A DNA stretch of 61,180 nucleotides, filler included, from Hausera hauseri (taxonomy: Eukaryota): assembly GCA_046269625.1 (NCBI GenBank). It is 10 parts of 10 records of this genome, joined end to end, with 100 filler letters (N's around TTAATTAATTAA, not from the genome) between each part and the next. Parts side by side here need not be neighbours in the genome. Positions count along the whole stretch, not along the records: positions 23,201 to 37,930 come from JBJURY010555450.1; 9 more parts are not named here. The stretch is one strand, 5' to 3'. A program made the translations under genes and the position numbers. Of this stretch, positions 23,690 to 35,600 are shown piece after piece; position 1 is the stretch's first letter, and every line of letters begins with the position of its first letter. The notes beneath the pieces were generated by a model, which saw only the letters and a program-made list of their open reading frames with translations, searched no databases and had not been told where the DNA came from.

Positions 23690-26600
23690 TCAGATGTCTA
23701 AATCCACGTTTTCATATTGAATTCTGGTATGGATATAGTCCTCTTCATCTGGTTTGGAGCCCTTTCGCACACGCTCGATTGGAATCAAAACTGGTTTATT
23801 TGCTTTTATTAGCAGGATATACTTTAATTGACCTCCTTGAAACGATCTTTTGATATTGTCCAATTTTTCCTTGATCAAAAGTAACTGTAATTTGGTGTGG
23901 AATTTAATTCCAAAGTTTATTGGTAATTTCATGACGTTAAGTGTGCCGAGGTATGGAACAAGAAAATAGTCATTTTCCAACTTCTGGTATATCATTCCAA
24001 TTAATTTGTTTACTTCTGTGCTCCATTTGTAAACTTCATTAGAATCCAATGATTTTTCGATATAATAGGGACGTTCTATGTCATGTATTGGTACTGGTAG
24101 AGCTAGATATTCAATTTTAATAATAATACCAAAGTTGAAAACGATATCTTCTTTAGCGGATAAAGTGTCCTTTATTCTCATGGCGATTAAATCTACATCA
24201 GAAGTTTCTGTTTGAATTTGGACATTGACGGTTTTACAAGTTTTGTTCCATTGATCATATTCACGTTCTTGTTCGTCTTCTGACGCCATAAGTTGCAAAA
24301 TATCTTGATTATCTAGTTCAAAGATATCCGAATTCATTTCATCTGATTGCTGTCCGAGCTCAATGTTTTCTGGGGTGTTTAATTCTTCGTCTTCAGCTAT
24401 GGGATCGAATTCTGGTTTGCTGATACTTGCTTCAATATGGTGAATCCAACTGAAATTCTCCAAATATTTTTCCCGATTATAGAATAATTCACCAACGTCA
24501 ATAATATTATTGGATAAGTCATCTGGCATCCAACTGACCTGCCTTAAGTTTTTAATAGTTTTCAATATATCCATTGTAAGATCTATTTTGCCAATACTAT
24601 CTTGTTCGTAGGTATAACCATTTCGGATCTTGGGCAACTTCAACTCCTTGGCCACATTTGTGATATCTATGGCACTGAAGGATTTTTCTGTTACTTCGGG
24701 GTGTTTTAGCAAGTCAATAACACCCGCGAAGTAATTTGAGGGAATATCAAATAATTGGATCATTTTGTGCGTTTCAACACCGACTACAATGGTGCCGAAC
24801 AGCCATTGTATTAGTTCTTTGGTGACGTCGTATAAATCTATCGCGGAATTTTCGATGGAATAAAAATCTATTCCATGACGTCCCGTGTTACAATTGTGGA
24901 TTTTTTCTCTGTTGGCCACAAGTGTCTTGTACAGTATTCGACGATGTTGATCTGTAACAATTACTTCCACAGGTACTGGGGATTTATCCATTTTAAATCC
25001 CAGCGAAACAACCAAAATCCTAATTGTATTAGATTGTCCTGTACAGATATAGTTGGACTTTGTTTCTTGAATCAGTTCTGGGGGACTTTGAGCTATGATT
25101 AGTGGTCTGGGTAGAGCTAAATGCTTTTCCGGGATTATCCATTCGACCATTAATACTACTGGTATTCGATTAGGCCTAATTTGGATGTTCTTCACAGTTA
25201 AAGATGTATTAATCGCCAAGGTTTCCTCTTCCAATAAGGTTGTTATGTTTGACAGCTTGTATTGGCCATCCTTTGCTGTTTTTAGTACTATGGTTCCTCT
25301 GGCATTATGTATGACCAATCCTTCAATTGATGGGTATTCTGTAATAAATTCTTCCAGATTTCTTTGATGTGTCTCGGTGATAAGTACAATCCTCACTTGT
25401 CGATTCAGGGTGAGACCGTATTTGAATTGATTTGGAATTTTCGCCACATGGACGTAAAGAGACTGTGGGTACACGTTGGCTTGTCTTCGGATCGTATTAT
25501 AAAAATTTCTGGCCATGGTATGCGTAAATGAGGAGGTTTTTGTTGCGTATCGAGACAGTAACTGCTCAATTGTAAGGACTTCTGAATGAAACAACGGATG
25601 AGTTGAGGTGGATATCTGTCTATGTCGGATTTGTGACACGTTGACTTTTTGAGTTGGGTTTGACATGATGTATTGAACTTTCTGTAACAGATTTGACTGC
25701 AATTGAAGATTTTGACGATTTTTTGAAAAAGGGGCTGAATGATAAAGTTCATTAGATTTATACCTACCATAAACTGCGTGTGTGTCATGTGGTAACCACA
25801 TAACCAACGAATAAAGAATGAGCGGGCTTAATGTGCGTGGCGCAAGTGTGTGTGTGTCAATTCTAGGTGTCATCAGTTGTGACTGGACACCTGATTTTTG
25901 AGGGCAATAGCACGTGCTAGTGCTAGTAAGATATTTACGGTAAATTTTGGGTGACAGCAAAGCGCCCAGAGCCAAAACTACTAGTAACAATACACTTAAC
26001 ATTATTATTAACAAAGCACATACTGCTATGTTTATTTCTGTGACTTCAATGCTTTGTTTTAGCAATGAATCATTTCGAATATCTTTAGGGCTAAAGTGAA
26101 ATTTTACTACTTTGTTTATTTTTGACAAAGTTTTAATGTTGATTTCAGAATAATGCGTACAATTTTTTACTATTACTAGGTAATTTGTATCTGAGATCAA
26201 CCTTGTACAATAAGCATATTTTTGTTTTCTTTCTAAAATGATTTTTTGCTGGTTATATTGATCTATACATGTTATACTAACCCATTCATTTTTCGGGTTC
26301 ATTTGATAATTCCAAGTAAACGCTATTCTATCTGTTTTTGGATGGCTTATAATAAAGAGTTTACTGGTTATTTCAATTTCGTTGTGTCTAGCTAATTTTT
26401 TATATTCCTTATAGGATATATTACATCTATTTTGCTCGACCATGAATGCAGTATCGAAGAGACATTCATTGAGTCGATAGGGTATCAAACATTTGACACT
26501 AGATTTCACTATCAACTGCAAAATCCATTTGTTGTGTGCTTTTAATTTAAAGATTAGTGCTAACAGAGAATATGAATAGTCTCTAACAACTACTAAGCAA

Positions 26601-29600
26601 GTTTGGCTATTTTCATCATCTAAGTCTACAAAAGCTATTCTATCTTTATAGAAAGTTACAATTCGTATTGCAGTCATATTATTAGCTGATCTTTTTCGAA
26701 ATTGTATACAACCTTTTTTAAAATCTAATCCTATTATTTCTATTTCTTTATTAAATATCTGGTCACTAGGTGTATGGTTTTGATTTTGCTGAATGGCTTG
26801 AATCATTGTATCATAAGAGATGTAGAATTGACCAGAACTGGCTTGAGTACAGGATAATAAAATGATAAATGTGAATATCATTATTAACAAGTTAGTGGAT
26901 AATAAACTTGGTGATTTTAAACCGAATTTTCCTGTATAAGCTGTTGGAGCTTTAGTTACGTTTTGTATAGAGACATTCTCTATCTTTCCTGGAGATTTTT
27001 CTACAAATAAAGTTTGTGGTCTTACTTCGACGACTTTGTATGGTCCTTTGCCGGTACGAGTTAATTTTAATGATCTACCTTTTGTAGTTACTGGATAATG
27101 CGTCATAACAAAATCTCCGATTTTATATGGATTTGATTGAGTCTTTTTGTTGTAATGTTTTGTATATGAATTCTTGTAATCTTCTCTAACAGTCTTTGCT
27201 TGTTCGCCATAGTCATTTAACTGCTTTAACAGTGCTGTATAATTTTCTTCTTGTGGATTGTTAGTAAATGGTAACGCTGTTGGTAGCAAGCTAACATCTA
27301 ATGGGAGTAATGGTAACCGTCCAAACATTAATTCGTACGGTGTTTTGTTTGTACTTCTTGTTGGAGTAGTATTCATAGCAAAAGCTACTGTTGGCAACTT
27401 ATCTGGCCAATTTTTCTGATCTGCTGATACTTGTACGGATAAAATTCCTTGTACAGTTCTATTAGATCTTTCTACTTTCCCGTTGCACTGTGGGTGATAG
27501 GCTGTAGTTAAAACGTGTCTGGTTTGCAAGACTTTTGTGACTTCATTGAATAATTGACTTGTGAAGTATGGTGCTCTATCTGTCAATATCTGTCGCGGTG
27601 CACCTAAAACACATATTAGTTTATTAAACAATTCTAACGCTATGGTTTCTGTTGTCATAGCTTTCAAAGGAATTAGTACAATATAACTTGTATAGTAGTC
27701 TATGAAACTTAATATGTATTTGTAGCCATTTATCGAAGTTGGATATGGACCTGAAATATCCATTGCACATATTTCCATAGGTGCTTTTGGTTCTGGAAGT
27801 GTTCCTAATATTGGCTTTATGCTTCTTCCTCTATCCCTACGGGTGGCGCAAATCTTACAAGATTTGACCCAATTTACTATGTCTTCACTTTGGTTTGGCC
27901 AAAAATATTTAAGCTTAATTCGCTTTATCGTTTTGCCCATTGAGGGATGACCAGCTAGGTGAGAATCGTGTTCTTGCAATAATACTGATTTTATTAGTTC
28001 ATTAGGGATTACAATTAGTGCTTTGTCATGGTGTATATATTTTAGTATATTATGATCTATGATCAATCTGGTTTTGTGATCATTTAGCCATTCTGTTAAT
28101 CTTTTATCAATGTTCGGCATAAGCGATGTACGTACATATTCTTTTATTACATATAGCAGTGGATCATTGTCCTGCACATCTGCTATTTTTTCCGTATTAA
28201 GATTTGCAAAGGCTGTCATCATTTTATTGAATTCATGGTCATCTATTGGCACGATAGCTGCTGTATTTGGTTCAGAAGGATAAATGGTTCGAGATATAGC
28301 GTCGGCATCATTATGGAACTTTCCTGGCACGTATTTGAATTTGGGATTGTAGTTCAGCAATTCTAATTTCCATCGTTGAATCCTATTGTATATCCGTTTG
28401 TTCTTACAGTCAATATTCTCTAACGCTTGGTGATCAGTATATACTATGACAGGATATCCATAAATGTAAAATTCGTAATTTCGTAAGCCTTCTAGTACCG
28501 CTAAAAATTCTAATTCAGTAGTAGAGTAATTTTTCTCTTCTTTAGTTAGTGCTCTTCCACCATAAGCTACTACGTGCTCTATTTGTTCATTAGGATATTG
28601 TTGGGCTAAGATGTAACTTAGGCCGTTTAAGCTTGCATCAGTCTTTAAAATAAATGGTAATTCAAAATCTGGATATTGTAGAATAGGAGCTGAAACCATT
28701 TTCTTTTTCATGATGTCGAAAGCGTATTGATGCTTTTCTTCCCATATATATTTCTTGTCATTGCGCAATAATTCATACAATACACTGTTAATTTGTGAAA
28801 AGTTTTCAACAAAAATACTGTAAAATCCAATAAGTCCTAACCAACATTGCAATTCTTTTTTATTTGTAGGAGCCGGAAATTCTAAAACTTTAGCGACTAT
28901 ATGTGGACTAGTTTCGATTCCTTTGGCTGATATTTTAAAGCCTAAATATGTTACTGAAGTTTGACACCAATCGCATTTGAGTGGGTTCAATTTTAACTTA
29001 GCATCTCTTAATCTTTCAAAGACTTCCTTAAGTTGCTGTATATGCTCTTCCCAAGTTCTAGACGCTATTAAGATGTCGTCTATGTATGATAAGCTTCTAA
29101 TTCCTTTTAGTACTATTCTTATGAATTCTTGAAAGAATGTTGGAGCTGTTTTAAGTCCGAAAGGCATTCTTGTGAACTGATATATCCCAGTATGCGTTTT
29201 AAAAGCTGTTTTCCATTTATCGGCGGCAGTTATGGGTATGTTTAGAAAACCCCATTGTAAGTCTAATGCAGTAAATAAAGTACATCCTTTTAAATCGTTT
29301 ATTATTTCTTTAATTCGAGGAATTGGATAGATATGGTTTTCTAGATATTTGTTTAGCTGCACAAAATTAACACATAATCTTCTTTTTGTAGTATTCTTCT
29401 TTGGTACCATTACTATTGGTGACGCCCAAGAGGCTTGACTTGGTTCAACTATTCCTTTATCTAACCAATCTTGTATTTGTTCTTCCACTTCAGCTTGTAG
29501 TGAATGCGGTGGTGGATACCATTTTGGCATTGGCTGTCTATTCAAATCTATTTCTTTTCCAGTTTTTTCATCAGTTATTAAGTTTAATCGAAATTCAACG

Positions 29601-32600
29601 AGATCTGTACATCCGATATCTACATCATTAAGCGCAAAGATTTCTGAAAACTCTTTTATTAATTTAATCATGTCTTTTAATTGCTCCTCACTAACTCTTT
29701 GCTTAATGTTTGCTATCAATTGTTGGAAAATTTTGTGCTCATTCAACTCTGTCTGAGTGGTTGCTGCTAAGAAATCAGTGATATTTTGATCAAAGGTACG
29801 AAAAAATTCACCTATTCTAGTATTAGGATGTAAGATTTTTGTACGTTCAGAACAATTGGCTACTACAATCGGAATAGTGCCATTCTGTACTACTGTACAA
29901 ATTGTGGAAAAGTAGTATCCTCTTTCGAAATCTTTTGGTTCGAATTTTACTATTATATTCTCGGGTGCTAAAAGCTTTCCTTTAATTGTCATTTCGCAGT
30001 AAGGTGGTATAATTATTTCATCCATTATCCATACAGCATTTTTATACTTTGGATTGTCTTGTAGTGGTAGATGATGATTTATACAGATTTGTCCTGTGGA
30101 TAAGTCCATTACTGAGTTTTTCAGTTTTCTTAGAACGTCTACTCCAATAATCATTCTTGGGTATAATTCTTTCATTACTTGAATTGTAGCGGTTACTTTT
30201 TGTTCATAAATAACAATCTCAGTAGTCCAATATCCTATAGGAAACACTGTTTGTCCGAAAAGTGATACATTACCACTATCAGATGGGTTTGCTAATCTTA
30301 CTTCATGTTGATAATTCAATGGAATTACTGTTTGGTGTATCAAAGTTACTGTTGCTCCAGTATCTATTAAAGCACTTATTTCTGCATCTCGAATATGCAC
30401 AGTGGTTTGCGGTCTTGGATCATAAGTCCGACTGATTGATTGTAACTGCTTTTCTGTCGGGTTCCTAACCAAAGGTAACAACGAGTATACTCCAGCAGTT
30501 CTGATAACGCCGTTGTCAACAATAAATCTTCCATTTAAGGGCATTTCAGAAGTACTGTTTTCTATTAAGTTTGAATTAGTTAATAGTGGTGATGTTGGTC
30601 TGGATGAAGTAAATGTTGGTGGTGAGGTTGGTCTAGATGTTATCGTTGTAGTTGGCTTCCATTTCTGTGCTAAAGATGCTAAATCCGGATATTGACTTGT
30701 TCTTTTGAGTTGCTCATTTTCTACCTCATTAGTACGAGTGGGTGCTCCGGGTACCACGAATAATTTCCTATAATTTTCATGTTCGCAGTATGGGTCTCTG
30801 ATTTCCTTTTCGATTTTTTCCGTAATTAATGGCAAATTCTGAATATTTGTACTTGTCGACGGTAATTCTGTATAAGTATTGTTTTCAACATTCAGCCTCG
30901 GTGGAGATTTTGGTGGTGGTTTCTTTTTTCTATTATCTAAATTAACATGTTGCTCCACCAGATTCTTCCATCTTTTTTCTTCATGTGCTTTAAGTATTTT
31001 TCCGAAAGGTGTAAAAACAGCTGATAATATTTTTAGTGAGAATCCGGTAAGCGTGTATATTTCATAAGCATTTAGCAGTGATGATAATATGGCTTTTGCC
31101 GTCTGTATACTTAAATAAATTGTGAAAATTCCTGCTGATACGGTACCAAATTTTATGAATCCTCCCCATAATGTTTTTAAGAAGTTCATTGTTACTTCTT
31201 TATAATGGTCAGGACTTAATAGCTTTTCCCACCTTGCATCTTGTACTCCGTCATCTAATATACGATGTAATGCTTTATTTAATGCTTGTTCTCTTTGAAC
31301 AGGGTATCTCAATGCTTGAATCATGTCGTTTATCTCGTCTCTTGTGTAGAGAGTTGTTTTTGACAGATCTGTGAATAAGTTATTCTCTACAGCGTGTCGC
31401 AACGCTGTCATTGTAAGTCGTTTGGGTGTTTTATGCGGCTTTTTCCGCTCTGGTAGAACTACCCATGTGCCTTCATTGTCATATTTTATGTAAGGCTGAT
31501 ATAATGTTGTACAATTCACTATTTTAGTAGGCTCAGTGTTTTTATCCAACAGTATACGTGTTATTGGTTGTACATATCTAATCTTTTTCTTGTAGGTTAC
31601 TGGAATTTCAATGTAACATATATTCTTTAGAATTACTAGTGGCACTTCGACTCGTTTACATTTGTATGTAAATAGAGCTTCTCCAATGATTTTGCCTTGT
31701 ATGCCTTCGCCTAATGGCATGGTTATTGCCGCCATTTCTGGGTTGGTAGCTAAGATAGCTAGTCTATTTCTTAGGGTTTCAAGATTAACCTTACAGAAAT
31801 TTTCGATTATTTCTGTGTACATTTCATCAATAGTTTTCTGAGTTATATAAAATAAGGTGTCATCTCTGATGTTAAAATGATCGCCTATGTTTAGGAAACT
31901 TTTAATATCAACTGGTACATTATCTGCATCTGGCACTTCTGAATCTGCAATATAATAGGAGGGATAGTTTGTGGAATGAATTGCTTTTCCACACTTAAAC
32001 GTAGGTTCTTGTTGAATAAATTTCACTCCTCCTACAAGGTTGGCAGACATGATAATTGTAGGCGTTTTAATTTCTGGTATCTGGTTTACGTTGGTCTGTT
32101 CGAAATTCGTTTCGAAGTATTTAGCGTATCTTTTGCCTGAAGTCACGTTAAATATGCCTTTCTTTATCAGCACTAGATGGCAGTCAAATTTCTTTGGTAC
32201 ATCCCATATCAAAACTGAAGTTATAGTGTGGCAATATCCTTTGCCTAATTTACAGAATGCCGCATCCATCATGGCTTTAGTGTTCGTATCAAAGTTGTAT
32301 GTCTGTTGTTTTATTTGAATTCTATATTGGTCATGTACTATCAAACCTGATTGCGGTCCTTTGCCTAAATCATATGTTCCTCCATTACAATTTCCGCCTA
32401 AATCTTTAGTTCCAACAACATATCTTTCAGTTTGATGCACTTCACCTATACCGGCTTTTAATTCCATTCTATCATATCTCATAAATCCTGTGTCAATTGC
32501 TACTTTGCAAGCTTCAGGTGTTACCGCTTCTGGTTCCGGTATGGTTGTTGGGATAATGATAGTTTCGTGACTATGCATTCCGCAATAGGTTACTGTTCTT

Positions 32601-35600
32601 GATCTTGTTAGCATACATTCGTAGCCTTTTACTTGCACTGATGCTCGATCGTGATAAATATATAATGTCTTTTGTACTGTAGTTATATTTCTGGGATGTG
32701 CTTCTGGACATGAATCTAGATCCATTAAGGAGTAGTAGTCACCTTCATAAATATGTTCGCAATCATAGGCCAGAATGTTATTGCTTCTTTTAATTAGAGA
32801 CATAAGCATTAATATTAGAAATAATATTGAAGAATATGAAGAATTACTTCCTTTTGATCTCATATCCTTTATTTCAATTTCTAAGGACTTATTTAATTCA
32901 GTAGTTATTTTGGGTATCAAAATTTCTTCTTTGTCTATTACCGTTTTTAATACTGCATCAGCTTCTTCTTCGAGATCTACTGTATTTCGGACATTTCTTA
33001 GGAATAAATCATTCCATGAGCATTTGTTTGGCACTATGTTTTGGCTCAACTGTATAATCTTTCCGGTAACGGTTTTTACGTCACTTTGATCATGAATATC
33101 AGTTACTAATAGGCAAATACTTTTTTCTAGATTTTTTCGAGTAGGCTTTTCTATTAATATTTGGGCCAAATCTTCTGACGTAATATTTTTATACGCTGGA
33201 ATTTTCTTTAACTTTTTGATGTATTTCAATAATTCAAGTACTCTAATTCTCCATTTCTGATTAGAATTAGGTTTTGCCATGCCTCTATCAATATCAAATA
33301 TTTCTTTAATTAATCCTTTTACTTCTTTATATTCTTTATAGAGTTGTGGGACTTCGTAATCTTGTAACTGTTTTGCAAACTGCTGAGCTAGCGTAATAGT
33401 TTTTGTTCGCTTTGTTTTAGCAGCTTTATTTAAATCAAGCAGGGTGCATTTTGCAACGTTTTCTAACATTTTAGTGTCATCATTGCAGACTTCGTTTAAG
33501 TTAATAATTTCTGGCAGTATCTGTATTGGCTTAAAATCGCTTTCTTCTATTTCTATCATATAGGTTTTTTCTGGTAACATACCTAAATCCGAGACATAAT
33601 CATCTAGATTCAATGTTCGACCTTTAAAAGTATAGTTTAGCTCGTTCAATGGTTTGTCAATGCTTGCTCTGATATGAATGTCCAAATGTCTAACAGTTTC
33701 GTTGGTAGAAATTTTAATTTGTGGCATTATTAAACTGTTGAATTTTGGCACAACATTTATGTATTCATTTTCAAGAGTTATGGACTGTCTGATTTTTGCA
33801 CCTAATAATTTTAATAGCACTTTTGGAGTTGCATTATATAAATACTCATCGGCCGCTAATGGGATCAACTTATGTACGATTCTTCGTATTTCATCAGTAT
33901 TAGGTTTTTCTGCCAAATATGTTACTAGCAACGTTTCTAGAAAACTTGGGTGATTCTTAAAGGCATCTATTTGCTTCGATAGTTCATTTTCTGAACTCAA
34001 TTGTTGAGAATCTATTTTTTGTATAGCAACTTTTATTAAACCTTCTCTTCGTGGTCTGTGTGGGTCTTCATCAGAGTCCGAGGATATTACTACAGTATCA
34101 GATTTCTTTTCTTCTGTATCTGATAATACTATTACTGTGTCTAACTTTTTTCCTTCGGTATCTGTCAATGGCATTGTCTTTGATGAAGTAGAGTCTGATT
34201 CTTTATCTAAGTCTGTACTAAACAACATGTTATTTCTAATTTTATTTACTGTTGCTATGAATTCTTGCAATTTCTGTTCTTTTTCATCATTAGACTCGAT
34301 GCCTAACTTTCTAATTTCTTTTAGAATATTTATTAATTCTTTTTTCTGGTTAGTATCAATATCTTCATTATCTTTTAATATTTTCCGTACTTCGATCTTT
34401 AGTTCTGATATAGAGCTGATGAATTCTGTAGTGATTTCTAGTAGCTTACTTTGAATATCATTTAATGTTTCTAGTTTTTCCAAACTAAGAGGTTCTTTCT
34501 GACTTCTTTGGGTTAATATTTGAAGAGCACTCCATTTTTGTAGTTCAGAGGGTGATAATGCTTGATCTAATACGTCAGCTAACTCGATATTTGCAACAGT
34601 GAATTCGTCTATTTTATTTTTTATAAACACGGATTTATTTTCTAATATTTTAATATTGTCATTTAAAAGTTGCTTTTGTTTAGTTGATAATTTCTTAGTT
34701 TTTAATTTGTGCTGAACTAGTTTAACAATTACATCATCTAAATATTGCATTGTTGGATATTCTTTATCTGTAACTTCCTGTGCTTCTTTGAGCAAGTTTT
34801 CAAACTCAATTTCTTCAGGAGTTTTATCTTTATTTAATACTTCCACAATTACATCATCAATTCGTTTTTTCTGTTCTTCTTGAATTTCAATCTTTCGTGT
34901 TTCATAAAGCTCTTTCATAAGCTTATTGTAATTATCTTTTGATGAACTAGCAGTAGGTTGAAAATATGCATTAATAGATTCAAGTTTCTCTAATCCAAAA
35001 GGTATTTGTCCTCTAGCCATTATATCTAAATCTTTAATCATTTGATTCATGACTTTTCCTTTAGTTTCTTCAGAGATTTCTTGATCATCATGTATAAATT
35101 TATCAGCAAATTTTCTTGGCGGAGATTTTGAATTTTTTCTAGATTTTTTCAACTTTGTTAAAGTTTCTTCTGGAATGCTTTCTGGCACCTTTTTAGGCTT
35201 TTTTCCAGTGTAGCCAGGAGATATATTTTTTATTATTTTCTTTCCATCCTTATCAACAGCTGCTACTGGTACTGGCAAGGCATCAAAAGCCATTTGTTCT
35301 AATTCTGTTAATTGCTTTCCGGCAAAATATTTTCTTACTGCATTTTTATGCGCTTCAATAATTGCTAATTTAGCTTCCATAACTTCTTCATCATCTGTAC
35401 CACATGAATAAGGTGTACGATTTACACTAAAATTTTGTAGCTTTGCAAAATCCTTTGAATTTTGATTTGACATGGGCCAATGTTCAAGATAGTATTCAGT
35501 AGAAGGTCCAACAGTTTTTTCATTGAAGGCTGCAGATTTAGTGGTAGGCTCACTTTTTATTGGTAACTTATCATTTGGAGTTCTGCAATTATTAGCTGTA

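Noticed and set aside
29810-30040. dUTPase-like segment between protease and RT
   Set aside because: No catalytic motifs are visible, and similar degenerate spacers are common in Gypsy elements.
24875-34454. Plus-strand ORFs antisense to the giant polyprotein
   Set aside because: Short shadow ORFs arising from codon bias of the sense frame.
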